A stretch of DNA of 64,000 nucleotides, from positions 1,568,001 to 1,632,000 of the forward strand of contig OY970173.1 of NCBI GenBank assembly GCA_963707635.1, in the 5' to 3' direction. Below are positions 33,263 to 42,566 of the stretch, one piece after another. A program made the translations under genes and the position numbers. The DNA is from Candidatus Latescibacterota bacterium. Lineage in GTDB: Bacteria; Krumholzibacteriota; Krumholzibacteriia; WVZY01; JAKEHA01. The notes beneath the pieces are model-generated. The model worked only from the letters and a program-made list of their open reading frames with translations, had not been told where the DNA came from and ran no database searches. Position 1 is the first letter of the stretch; every line of letters starts with the position of its first letter.

Positions 33263-34182
33263 TCGATTCGCGCCCACGGTTCGCCCGCGCGCGGCGGACA
33301 CTCGCGGCCGCGCTGGTGTGGTTGGCCATGTCGGGCGCCTCGCCCGGCGTCGCGGCGCCGGAACCCTACACCCGGGTTCTGGAGGCGCTCCCCGTCACGA
33401 TCCGCTACGAGCCCCGCTACCGGCGGGTTTCCGACAAGGTGGCCGAGATCTGCCAGGCGGAGATTCCCCGCATCGCCGCCGAGCTGGGCCTCGCGCGCAT
33501 CCAGCCGATCGAGATCGTGGTGACGCACGACGCGCGCCGATACCGGTCGCGCGGCAGTTCCGAACTCCCGGAATGGGGTGTCGCGTTCGCGATCCTCGAC
33601 GAGCAGCGGATTCTGGTCGACGTCGAACGCGCGACGCGCGCGTACAATTCGCTGGCCGAGGTCGTGCCCCACGAGTTGTCGCACCTGTTGCTCCGCCAGC
33701 GCGTGACGTCGGCGGCATTCCCGATCTGGTTCAACGAAGGGCTCGCCCAGTGGCAGGCGCGCGAGTGGTCGCTGGTCGACGCCTGGCGACTCATGCAGGA
33801 TGTGTGGACGGGGTCGGCGCCGCGACTGGGCGAGGTCTCGGCGCGTTACCCGAAAGGCGAGGAGCGCGCACAAGGCGCCTACCGGCTCTCGTACGCCGCG
33901 TTCACCGAGCTGTTCGCGGAGTCCGGATTCGGGACGTTGCCCGCTTTTCTCGCCGAAGTCGAGCGGGCCGGGGACTTCCGATCCGCGTTTCAGAGCTACT
34001 GGGGGTTCACGGTGGAGGACTACGCCGCCTACTTCCAGGATGAGATGGAAAAGCGCTACCGGACCAACGCGCTGGCATTCGAGTCCGGCCCGCTGCTGGC
34101 GTTCGCCGCCGTCCTGTTCATCGCCGTGCTGGTGCGGCAGGGAATCAAGCGGCGGCGCAAGTACGCCCAGCTCGACGACTGA
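33259..34182 (+). CDS. Gluzincin (peptidase MA-like) metalloprotease with C-terminal TM
   Basis: PHELSH...WFNEGLAQ; signal peptide; C-terminal hydrophobic helix plus basic tail. Confidence 0.85.
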   Translation: MIDSRPRFARARRTLAAALVWLAMSGASPGVAAPEPYTRVLEALPVTIRYEPRYRRVSDKVAEICQAEIPRIAAELGLARIQPIEIVVTHDARRYRSRGSSELPEWGVAFAILDEQRILVDVERATRAYNSLAEVVPHELSHLLLRQRVTSAAFPIWFNEGLAQWQAREWSLVDAWRLMQDVWTGSAPRLGEVSARYPKGEERAQGAYRLSYAAFTELFAESGFGTLPAFLAEVERAGDFRSAFQSYWGFTVEDYAAYFQDEMEKRYRTNALAFESGPLLAFAAVLFIAVLVRQGIKRRRKYAQLDD

Positions 34183-34193
34183 ACGGGCCGCGA

Positions 34194-35270
34194 CTACACT
34201 CCGGCGCCGACGGTTTTGACCGTCGAGGCGCCGCGCCGGATCGCCTCGGGGGCGTTGGCGCGCGCCGTCGCGTCTTCATACGAGACCAGTTTGGCGGCGA
34301 CCAGCTCGTTCAGGTGGTCCTCGAGCGTCTGCATCCCGAACTTCTTGCCCGTCTGCATCGCAGACATGAGCTGCACCATCTTGTCCTCGCGGATCATGGC
34401 GCGCACCGCGTCGGTGGCGAGGAGGATCTCCAGCGCCGCCACGCGCCCGCCGCCGACCTTCGGCACCAGCGATTGCGAGATGATGCCCTGCAGGGTTCCG
34501 GCGAGCTGCATCCGGATCATGGTCTGCTGCACGGGCGGGAACACGTTGACCACACGGTCCACGGTCTTCATCGCGCTCGTCGTGTGGAGCGTTCCCAGCA
34601 CGAGGTGGCCGGTCTCGGCGGCCGTGACGGCCAGCGCGATCGTCTCGAGGTCCCGCATCTCGCCGACGAGGATGATGTCGGGGTCCTGACGAAGCGCGCG
34701 CCGCAGCGCCTGGTTGAAGTCGGGCGTGTCGGACCCCACCTCGCGCTGGTTGATGTAACAGCGTTTGTCGCGGTGCAGGAATTCGATCGGGTCTTCCATG
34801 GTGAGGATGTGACCGGCTTCGCGCGAGTTGATCAGGTCGATCATGGCTGCCAGCGTGGTGGACTTGCCGCTCCCCGTCGGCCCGGTCACGAGCACCAGTC
34901 CGCGCGGTTTCGCGGCCAGCGTCTTGCAGATGTCCGGAAGCCCGAGGGCTTCGAAGGTCGGGATGTTTTCGGGGATGTAGCGCAGCACGAGCGACACCGA
35001 GCCGCGCTGGCGCATCGCGTTCACGCGAAATCGCGCGAGCCCCGGGATCGAGTAGGAGCAATCGAGGTCGCCGGTCGCGCAGAACGTGTTCCAGTGCTCC
35101 GGGCTCAGAATTGCCTTCGCCATGGCGAGCGTGTCGTCCGGCATGAGCCGTTGTTCGCCCTGCGGCTGGATCCGGCCCGAAATACGGACTCCCGGCGGCT
35201 GGCCCACCTTGAGGTGGGCGTCGCTGCCGCCGAGCTCGATCATTCGTTTCAAGAGATCGTTGATCTGCAT
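34194..35270 (-). CDS. pilT: Type IV pilus retraction ATPase PilT
   Basis: SDAHLKVG, RFRVN, GPTGSGKSTT, EDPIEF, ALRQDPD, AAETGHL, AVRAMIRE (AIRNLIRE-like), GMQT. Confidence 0.93.
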   Translation of the reverse strand: MQINDLLKRMIELGGSDAHLKVGQPPGVRISGRIQPQGEQRLMPDDTLAMAKAILSPEHWNTFCATGDLDCSYSIPGLARFRVNAMRQRGSVSLVLRYIPENIPTFEALGLPDICKTLAAKPRGLVLVTGPTGSGKSTTLAAMIDLINSREAGHILTMEDPIEFLHRDKRCYINQREVGSDTPDFNQALRRALRQDPDIILVGEMRDLETIALAVTAAETGHLVLGTLHTTSAMKTVDRVVNVFPPVQQTMIRMQLAGTLQGIISQSLVPKVGGGRVAALEILLATDAVRAMIREDKMVQLMSAMQTGKKFGMQTLEDHLNELVAAKLVSYEDATARANAPEAIRRGASTVKTVGAGV

Positions 35271-35454
35271 GACGGCCTCCCCGGACCGGTGCTACGCGTG
35301 TCTATTCGGAACCAGCTGGAGGGGAAACGGGAACGGCGGTGGAGCGACGCGTGTAATAACCAGACGGGGTTCTCCCCATTACACCCGCCGTCCGGACTCC
35401 CCTTGCCCGCGCCGCCGTTCCCGGCCGGCCACAGCCGGCTCCCAGTCGCGCATT

Positions 35455-36351
35455 TCACACCGGCGCTGCCTCGTTCGTTCGCTCGGTCTGCCGGCGCAGG
35501 TTGTCGATCGTTTGCCGCATCCACTCGGATTGCTCGGCGTGCCGGATGCACGCGCCCGCGTTCTGTGAGAAGACCTCGAGCGCGTGGAGATCGTCTTCCT
35601 TGTACTGCACGTCCGGGGATCGGCTGCTGACGTTGATCACGCCGACCAGCTCGTCCCGGAGGATGATGGGCACGACCATCGCCGCGACCAGCGACGTGGA
35701 CGTGAGCTTCAAGGCCGGGTCCTGGGGCAGTTCTTTCTCGCGGCCCAGTATCAGCGCCTGCTGGTGCCTCGCGGCCCAGCCGGCGACGCCCTCGTTGATC
35801 GACTGCTCCACGCCCAGCACCCTGGAGACGCCCTCTTTGTCGCTCGCCGCGCGCACCACCAGTGTCTGCGATGCCGCGTGGTAGAGCATCAAGGATGCGC
35901 GGTCGCAGGTGAACGCCTCCAGACACGACCGGGCGATGCAATCGAACACGGCTTCGGGCCGATTGTGCATCCCCATGATGCGGCTCACGTTCAAGAGCCC
36001 GTAGAGCCGGCGCCGGGCCGCGTCCTGGACCTCGGCCTCGAACACCTTGATCTGCGCGTTGATGCGATTGAGATTTCGCTGCTCGCGCGTGAGGTGCGTG
36101 ACCAGCGTCACCACCAGAACGAGGCAGCCCACGACGAGCGTGAAGTCGGTTCTGGCCCACGGCCAGGGGCTGGTGAGGCGGTCGGGCAGCAGCGTCCCGA
36201 TGACGATGCCCAGGCCGCCGGCGGTGATGACGAAGGTGAAAGCCAGCAGGAGCCAATTGGCCCACGAACGGCGCAATATGTTTTCGCCAGAATTCGTTGT
36301 GTGGGTCGTCGCCCGCGACGGGTCGACCACCGGAGGATGCTCGATGGACAT
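35455..36351 (-). CDS. Two-TM GAF-domain protein with no output domain
   Basis: GGAGG RBS; two hydrophobic segments; RASLML, EGVAGW, MVVPI...LVGVINV GAF motifs. Confidence 0.8.
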   Translation of the reverse strand: MSIEHPPVVDPSRATTHTTNSGENILRRSWANWLLLAFTFVITAGGLGIVIGTLLPDRLTSPWPWARTDFTLVVGCLVLVVTLVTHLTREQRNLNRINAQIKVFEAEVQDAARRRLYGLLNVSRIMGMHNRPEAVFDCIARSCLEAFTCDRASLMLYHAASQTLVVRAASDKEGVSRVLGVEQSINEGVAGWAARHQQALILGREKELPQDPALKLTSTSLVAAMVVPIILRDELVGVINVSSRSPDVQYKEDDLHALEVFSQNAGACIRHAEQSEWMRQTIDNLRRQTERTNEAAPV

Positions 36352-36635
36352 GTTGCCTCCCCGCAAACAGGTCCGCTCACTGAATTGGATTGCGTAACGC
36401 CGACGCCAGAGCAAGTCTGTCGCCAGCCGCGGGGGAGGGAGAGGGAGGACCCGGATCACAGCCCCGCTATCTGCGGTGCGCATAGCAACATCGCGGACGG
36501 TCTCCGTAGTATCCCTGATTCTCGGTTGCCGAAAACTCTTAGCGTCGACACGGCGGTTTGGTGCAGGTCTGCGCCGCCGTCAATGGACGACATCGATGCG
36601 CGCGGGGTAGCGGTGAGGTGTCTGGTGGAAGGTAA

Positions 36636-37274
36636 TCAGTCGTTTACCGACGTGAGAGCGTGCCGGATGGCGAACTTCGTGAGACCGGCGATGCTGTGGA
36701 TCCCGAGCTTCCGCATGACCTGCCGGCGATGCGTCTCCACCGTCTTCGCGCTCACGCACAGCACGTCGGCGATCTTCTTGGTCGACTTGCCCTCGGCCAA
36801 CAGCTGGAGCACCTCGCGCTCGCGCGTGGTCAGCGTCCCGAATGCCTCGCTGACGGGTTCGCCCAACGACGCGATGACCGCCGCCTCGGCGGACGGGCTC
36901 AAGTAGGTTCTGCCTTCCAGCACGACGTCGATGGCGCGCAGCAGCTCGTCGAGACCACCGTCGGCGACCACGAAGCCCGACGCGCCCGCCCGCATGGCCC
37001 GGCTGACGAGCTCACGGTTGGCGTCCAAGGAGATCAGTATCACCTTCACGCCGGGGCACGCGACGACCACCTGCCGCGTGACCTCGACCCCGCCCAGCTC
37101 CGGCAGCACCGATTCGACGATGACGAGCTTCGGCCGCAGCTCCGCGGCGATCGAGACCGCGCTCCGTCCGTCTCCGACATCGGCGACCACCTGCAAAGCG
37201 CGGCTCGCGAGCGCCTCTTTCAAACTGTCCCGGTATATCTGGCTGACCAGGGCAACGACGACGCGCCTTGGCAT
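36636..37274 (-). CDS. NarL/LuxR-family response regulator with atypical receiver
   Basis: LTTREREVLQLLAEGKSTKKIA..L.VS.KTVETHR..VMRKL HTH; N-terminal receiver fold lacking DD/D/K. Confidence 0.88.
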   Translation of the reverse strand: MPRRVVVALVSQIYRDSLKEALASRALQVVADVGDGRSAVSIAAELRPKLVIVESVLPELGGVEVTRQVVVACPGVKVILISLDANRELVSRAMRAGASGFVVADGGLDELLRAIDVVLEGRTYLSPSAEAAVIASLGEPVSEAFGTLTTREREVLQLLAEGKSTKKIADVLCVSAKTVETHRRQVMRKLGIHSIAGLTKFAIRHALTSVND

Positions 37275-37524
37275 GGGTGCGATTCTCCCCTCCGCTCGCA
37301 CGACGAGCGAACCAGGACGCAAGGAAGTTCGGGGGAGAAAATAGCGGATGGCACGCACGCGACGTGCGCTTTGGGTGCAGTTGGTTTCCCTATCCTCCCC
37401 GCGGAAACCCTCACACTCGAGGTTCAAGGCACTAGCTTAGATAGGATTCGGAGATTCGGCAAGTGCCGATGTGCCGGTATCGCGTCCGCGTGTAAGTGGT
37501 TACAATCGCCTGACTAAGCCCGGC

Positions 37525-37553
37525 TTGACCGTCTCCGGGGCCGGTGGTATAGT
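37525..37553 (+). promoter_or_regulatory. sigma70-type promoter for the tRNA cluster
   Basis: TTGACC-N17-TATAGT, 16 nt before tRNA-Ser. Confidence 0.7.
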
Positions 37554-37569
37554 CCGCGCTCCGGCGGCC

Positions 37570-37657
37570 GGAGGGCTAGCCTAACTGGTAAGGCAACGGT
37601 CTTGAAAACCGTCGGGCTTAACCGCCCTTGGGGGTTCGAGTCCCTCGCCCTCCGCCA
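37570..37657 (+). tRNA. tRNA-Ser(TGA)
   Basis: Acceptor GGAGGGC/GCCCTCC, anticodon arm ACGGT-CT-TGA-AA-ACCGT, long variable arm, GGTTCGAGTCC, encoded CCA. Confidence 0.95.
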
Positions 37658-37680
37658 GTTTTTTTTGGATACAGAGTTTG

Positions 37681-37776
<96 letters not shown>

Positions 37777-37848
37777 CCTGCGCGCGGCGGTGACCGTCGC
37801 GCGGTCCGCTTCACTCCGATCTGAATGGCGGCGCACACGGTGAACGCA

Positions 37849-38226
37849 ATGCGAAAGGTCGAGATCAGTCGCTTCGATCTGATGTCTCTGTTCAAGGTCG
37901 CGTTTCTGCTGTATGCGACGCTTGGGTTGGTGGCCGGGCTCTTCTACGGCCTGGTGATCATGGTGGTCGGCCAGCTCGGGAGCTTCCTCGGCGGCGAAGA
38001 TTTTCCGGGGCTGCGTTACTTGAGCGGGATGGTCGGCGTGGTGGCGATCCCGGCGCTCGCCATCATGTACGGGATCCTCGGTTCGGTCGTCGTGATGATC
38101 GGCGGCGCGTTGTACAATGTCGCCGCCCGGCTCGTGGGCGGTGTGAAGATGGACGTGGCGGCGATGGATTCGCCGTTCGACACGCGGGCTGTCGCCGACG
38201 CCCGCCCTGCGCCACCCGCCGGCTAG
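37849..38226 (+). CDS. Small two-TM membrane protein (DUF3566-like)
   Basis: I.RFD.MS.FKV N-terminus and LYNVAARLVGGV C-terminus. Confidence 0.7.
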   Translation: MRKVEISRFDLMSLFKVAFLLYATLGLVAGLFYGLVIMVVGQLGSFLGGEDFPGLRYLSGMVGVVAIPALAIMYGILGSVVVMIGGALYNVAARLVGGVKMDVAAMDSPFDTRAVADARPAPPAG

Positions 38227-38246
38227 ACCCTGCATACGTTCTGGAT

Positions 38247-38323
38247 GCGCCCGTAGCTCAACTGGATAGAGCGTGTGGCTACGGACCACAAGGCTAGGGG
38301 TTCAAGTCCTCTCGGGCGCACCA
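38247..38323 (+). tRNA. tRNA-Arg(ACG)
   Basis: GCGCCCG/CGGGCGC acceptor, TGTGG-CT-ACG-GA-CCACA, GGTTCAAGTCC, CCA. Confidence 0.95.
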
Positions 38324-38342
38324 ACATTCACTTCTCGATAAG

Positions 38343-38383
38343 AAAAGCGGGGTGCACAGCATTGTGCACCCCGTTTCGGTTTT
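38343..38383. terminator. Intrinsic, probably bidirectional terminator
   Basis: CGGGGTGCACA/TGTGCACCCCG stem flanked by an A-run and T-runs. Confidence 0.75.
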
Positions 38384-38493
38384 AGGGCCGCGCCGGGCGC
38401 GGATGGCGCCACCTCAAGTCAGCGGCGTTGGGCACCCATACGCAACCGGCGATAGTACATCCGGTCCCGCGCCGGCGCGGCCAAACCTCGTCA

Positions 38494-39711
38494 CTAGAAA
38501 CTGAACGACGACTGTATCGCGGGGATCATTTCGAATTCGTCTCCCGCTTCCCGGGTCATCTGCACGACACCCTTGATGAGCAGATCGCGGCTCACGTGGT
38601 AGCCGACGCCGCCTTCCCAGCGATCGACGTTGAGATCCCACGTCATGGCCTCGCCCAGGCTGTTCTCGACTTCCTCGTACCGAAGCGCGTCGTAGCGAAG
38701 CGTCACGTCCAGGCCGGCGGCGACCGACGCGGCCCCCTGTGCCCAGTACGACATCGTCGCAAGCCCGTCCGCGCGAACCGGCGTGTCCGCGTGGTTATAG
38801 AATGTCTCGCCCGTGAACGCGAACCGCCACACCTTCCAGTCGATGCTCAGGCCGAGGATGTCCTGGTAGTAGTTGTTGATCGACTTGCCCGCCGGCATGT
38901 AGGGATCCACGTCGCGGGTCAGGTATGCACCGCGCGTGCCCGACACCCACGCCTTGAGCCCGGGCGTGAATGCAAAGCCGACCTTGGCGTGCCACGCGAT
39001 GTTGTCGTTGGTGTCGGAGCCCTGCACCGGCGCGCCGCCTGTCCCGAGGGTGGCGCCGACCGCGAACTCGAAGCGCCCCAGCGATCCCAGCGAATAGACC
39101 CCATAGTTCCAGCAGTTGTCGTAGAGGATCGGCATGGTGACGTAGGCCTTGCCGCGCACGCCGTTCGAGTCCGAGTACGTGAAACGCTCCTGGCCGCGCC
39201 CGCGCATCGCGAGCATCTGGTCGAGGTCGGTGGGCATCATCGTGCTGGCGAGGGTCGACTTCCAGTAGTAGCTCATCGGGAGGCCGACCACCGGGTTCTT
39301 GTTCGAATAGGTCTGGCTCGCCCAGATGCCGTCGTGGACGGGAATGAGCCCCGCCTCGAGGAACACGTTCCGCTCCTCGAACACGCGGTGCATGATGTAT
39401 CCGCCGAAGAAGCGGTAGGTGCTGTACGCCTCGGGGGACACCAGGAACTGCAGGTACACCGAGGTCTGGCCGCGCTGGCCCTCGACGAACAGACGCGCGC
39501 GCAGCGCATCGAAGTTCGAGTCGTTGGTGTTGAGGGTGTTGTACCAGCGGTAGTCGCCGACGTCCGTGGCCACGATGTCGACCAGGCCGCGCAACTGAAT
39601 GCTGTTTTGCGCGAACGAGTTCACCGCCACGCCCACCAGCGCGAGCGTGACGAAGGTCACGAACGCGATGCGTCTTCCGGCGTCGCAGGGAACCAGGTGC
39701 ACCGCGCACAT
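38494..39711 (-). CDS. Putative outer-membrane beta-barrel protein
   Basis: Signal peptide ending SFA-Q; alternating aromatic strands; terminal Phe (QSSFSF). Confidence 0.65.
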   Translation of the reverse strand: MCAVHLVPCDAGRRIAFVTFVTLALVGVAVNSFAQNSIQLRGLVDIVATDVGDYRWYNTLNTNDSNFDALRARLFVEGQRGQTSVYLQFLVSPEAYSTYRFFGGYIMHRVFEERNVFLEAGLIPVHDGIWASQTYSNKNPVVGLPMSYYWKSTLASTMMPTDLDQMLAMRGRGQERFTYSDSNGVRGKAYVTMPILYDNCWNYGVYSLGSLGRFEFAVGATLGTGGAPVQGSDTNDNIAWHAKVGFAFTPGLKAWVSGTRGAYLTRDVDPYMPAGKSINNYYQDILGLSIDWKVWRFAFTGETFYNHADTPVRADGLATMSYWAQGAASVAAGLDVTLRYDALRYEEVENSLGEAMTWDLNVDRWEGGVGYHVSRDLLIKGVVQMTREAGDEFEMIPAIQSSFSF

Positions 39712-39719
39712 TGAGCGTC

Positions 39720-41618
39720 TCATACCAGGACTCCTTCGTGTTCCGGCGATTTCACCGGCGGATTGGCGCCCGGGGCGGAGCGGGGCAGAACAATGGTGAA
39801 GGTGCTGCCGCGACCCGGTGCGCTGGTGACGAGCACCCGCCCGTTGTGCTTGTCGACGATGACCTTGCACAGGGCGAGGCCCAGACCAAAACCCTTCGAA
39901 CCGAAACCGTAGGTTCCCGACGAGTGATTCATCACGTCGCCGACTTCGTAAATCTTTTCGAAAATCCACTTGAGCTCGTGCTGCGCGATCCCGATGCCGG
40001 TGTCTTCCACCGCGATGTGGATCTCGTCACCCACGGGCTTGGTGACGATGCGCACCGCGCCGCCGTCGGGCGTGAAGCGGATCGCGTTGTCGACCAGCGA
40101 CAGGAGCGCCTCGCCCATGCGCGGGGCGTCGACCTGCACCGGGAGCGCCTCGTCGCCCAGCTCGAGCACGAGCCGCAGCTTGCGGTTTTCGGCGACGGTG
40201 CGGCGACCGAGCGCGGTCTCGCGCACGATCTCGCGCACGTCGCGCCGGGTCAGGTGGAGCGATTGCAGGTCCTGCTCGTAGTAGGTGAGGTCCAGCATCG
40301 ACTGCACCAGGCGGTTCAGACCGGTGAGCTGCTCGGTGATCATCATGGTGGTCTCGCGGATCTTATCGGGGACCGTGCCCAGGGCGCCGCTCGCGATCAT
40401 CTCGTTGAAGCCCGTGATGATGGTGAGCGGGGTGCGCAGCTCGTGACCGGCCAGCGCGATGAAGTTGCTCTTCGCCTGGTCGACGCTCTTCAGGTGTCGC
40501 ACGTAGCTCTTGAGCGACTCGCGCATGTGCGAGAAGTTCTTGCCCAACAGCGCCAGCTCGTCGCGGCCGCGCATGTCCACCGGGTAGTCGTACTCGCCCT
40601 TCTGCAGGGCCACCGACGCCAGCACGATGCGCGAGAGCGGGCCGGTAATACTCTGCGCGACCACGAACCCCAGCAGGAGGGTGACGCACACCGCCGCGAG
40701 TCCGCCGAACGCCAGACGTTTTTCCAGCGTCAGGATCGGGGCCATCTCCGCTTCCAGCTCGCGCGCGATGAAGGCGTCGAAGCCGTCGCCGGGATTCACG
40801 CCGGCGACGCCGACGTGGATGGTGAGGAATTCGCGACCGTCGTGGTTCTGGCCAAACGCCTCCGACAGCGTGACCGAACCGCGCGCGATGGTCGAGGCCA
40901 CCCGCGCGCTGGGCCGCCACGCCTCCGCGTCGTGGGCGCCGGGGACGCGCTCGGGGAACGTGCTCGCGAACGGGTTGCCGCCGCGCGCGAGACACACGTC
41001 GGCGCCGGTCAGTCGCTTGACTTCCGCGACGAATTCGTCGTCCAGGTACGCGCCGAGCCGGATGATGGCTTCCAGGTTGTGCGCGACGTACACCGGCGCC
41101 ACCGCGGCGGCGACGATGCGCTCGTCCATTTCGTAGAAGTCCGCCACCGCGGAGCCCTTCATGGCCATCTCGATCCCTGAGCGCCCGGTGGTGGTCGCGG
41201 TGTTGGTCACGCCCGGCGACCAGGCGCCGCCGGCGTCGCGCGACACGGTGGCGATCAGGCCGCCGTTGGGGTCGAAGATCTCCATGAAGTCCGCGTCGGT
41301 GATGCGGACGAAGTCGGCCGCCACGCCTTCCACGGTGGGGCGGAATTCGGTGCCGCGTTCGGCCGCCGGTATCGAAAAGGGAGCGAAGAAGCGCGGGTCG
41401 CGCACCGTGACCTGCGCCATGCTGACCAGCTCGTTGCGGCGCGAGGTGAGCATCTGCACGAACACCGAGCCCGACTCGGCCAGGCTCTCCTGCACGCGGC
41501 CGCGCACGGCGTGGTTGGCGGTCCGGAAGGCCGACAGCAGGATCGTGACGAGGATCGCGATCAGCGGGATCGTCGTCAGCACGATGATGCGTACCCGAAG
41601 GCTTCCGAATCGCAGCAT
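39720..41618 (-). CDS. Sensor histidine kinase (periplasmic Cache-like, HAMP, HisKA, HATPase)
   Basis: Two TMs, ITGPL..RGRDEL HAMP, GHELRTPL, DNAIRFT, DTGIGI, GFGLGL, GRGSTF. Confidence 0.93.
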   Translation of the reverse strand: MLRFGSLRVRIIVLTTIPLIAILVTILLSAFRTANHAVRGRVQESLAESGSVFVQMLTSRRNELVSMAQVTVRDPRFFAPFSIPAAERGTEFRPTVEGVAADFVRITDADFMEIFDPNGGLIATVSRDAGGAWSPGVTNTATTTGRSGIEMAMKGSAVADFYEMDERIVAAAVAPVYVAHNLEAIIRLGAYLDDEFVAEVKRLTGADVCLARGGNPFASTFPERVPGAHDAEAWRPSARVASTIARGSVTLSEAFGQNHDGREFLTIHVGVAGVNPGDGFDAFIARELEAEMAPILTLEKRLAFGGLAAVCVTLLLGFVVAQSITGPLSRIVLASVALQKGEYDYPVDMRGRDELALLGKNFSHMRESLKSYVRHLKSVDQAKSNFIALAGHELRTPLTIITGFNEMIASGALGTVPDKIRETTMMITEQLTGLNRLVQSMLDLTYYEQDLQSLHLTRRDVREIVRETALGRRTVAENRKLRLVLELGDEALPVQVDAPRMGEALLSLVDNAIRFTPDGGAVRIVTKPVGDEIHIAVEDTGIGIAQHELKWIFEKIYEVGDVMNHSSGTYGFGSKGFGLGLALCKVIVDKHNGRVLVTSAPGRGSTFTIVLPRSAPGANPPVKSPEHEGVLV

Positions 41619-41648
41619 GGCAGTGCGAGGGTTGCGGCCTCGTGGCTC

Positions 41649-42371
41649 CTACAGGTTCACGTCGGTTTCGGTGACGATGCCGTCTTCGATCGTAACTTTC
41701 ATCGAGCGTTCGCCGAGATTCGGGTGCCACACCTTGAGCGTGTAGGTCCCCTCCGGAAGATCGGCGAACGAGTAGTCGCCCTGCTCGTCGGGCTGGGTGA
41801 CGAACGGCGTGTCGACCACGAGCACGTACGCCGACATCGTCGAGTGGATGTCGCAGAACACCTGCACCATCCCCGGCCGGTCGAACGTGACCGGCTTCGA
41901 CTTGCCCTTGCCGTAGTAGCCGAGGTCGAACTTCTTGGTCTTCGAGTACGAGAAGACGTTGTGGTAGACGAGGTCGCCGTTGGGAAAGTCGACGGTGGTG
42001 CCGACCGGGACGCCGAGCACGTGCGGCTCGAACGACTGGTTGATCTGCCGGAGCTTCGGCCGCCCGGCAGTTGGCCGCGGCTCGATGCGCGCGGTCGGGC
42101 CCTCGAGGTAGATCACGACGTCGCGCGGGGTCGCCATGCGCGGCGCGCCGCGAGACCCGGCGCCACCCGAGTTGAGCGTTCCCGCGTACGGGTCGAGCGA
42201 CGACTGCATCGGGTCGTTGACCTCGGTCACCAGGTGGACCTTTCCGCGCAGCTCTCCGGCGGACGCGAACGTGGCAAAAAGCATCCAGACCAAGGGTATG
42301 AGAAAGATCCACCACCGGGGCCGAATGCGACGACGGCCCGCGCGGCGAGGACGGGGTATCGCGAGTGTCAT
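41649..42371 (-). CDS. Secreted cupredoxin-like + carboxypeptidase-regulatory-like domain protein
   Basis: Q....FEP.V..V..G..V.FPN.D..YHNVFS, VFCDIHSTM (H..C-x2-H-x2-M), LPEGTYTLKVWH. Confidence 0.8.
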   Translation of the reverse strand: MTLAIPRPRRAGRRRIRPRWWIFLIPLVWMLFATFASAGELRGKVHLVTEVNDPMQSSLDPYAGTLNSGGAGSRGAPRMATPRDVVIYLEGPTARIEPRPTAGRPKLRQINQSFEPHVLGVPVGTTVDFPNGDLVYHNVFSYSKTKKFDLGYYGKGKSKPVTFDRPGMVQVFCDIHSTMSAYVLVVDTPFVTQPDEQGDYSFADLPEGTYTLKVWHPNLGERSMKVTIEDGIVTETDVNL

Positions 42372-42504
42372 AACGCTTCTACTTCCATATAGTTAGAGTG
42401 AATACGGGCCCCGGCCTCACGTCCGTGAAGCCCGCGTCTCACCCGGTTCTCGGGTCGTCGATCGAGCAAATGCTGCCTGGTTCGGGAAGTACCCGGAACG
42501 GATG

Positions 42505-42520
42505 AGCAACCGCTGTGCCG
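42505..42520 (-). promoter_or_regulatory. sigma54 (-24/-12) promoter
   Basis: Minus strand CGGCACAGCGGTTGCT = GG-N10-GC with GGCAC and TTGC, about 135 nt upstream of 42371. Confidence 0.6.
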
Positions 42521-42566
42521 TCGAAGGAAGCGCGGACAAGCCTGGGGAGGAGCGAAAACGGACAGA

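Noticed and set aside
35365..37393. Shared GGGA.A.C operator upstream of pilT, the GAF gene and the NarL regulator (35365, 36505, 37381)
   Set aside because: The three candidate sites align too weakly to distinguish from chance without a motif search.
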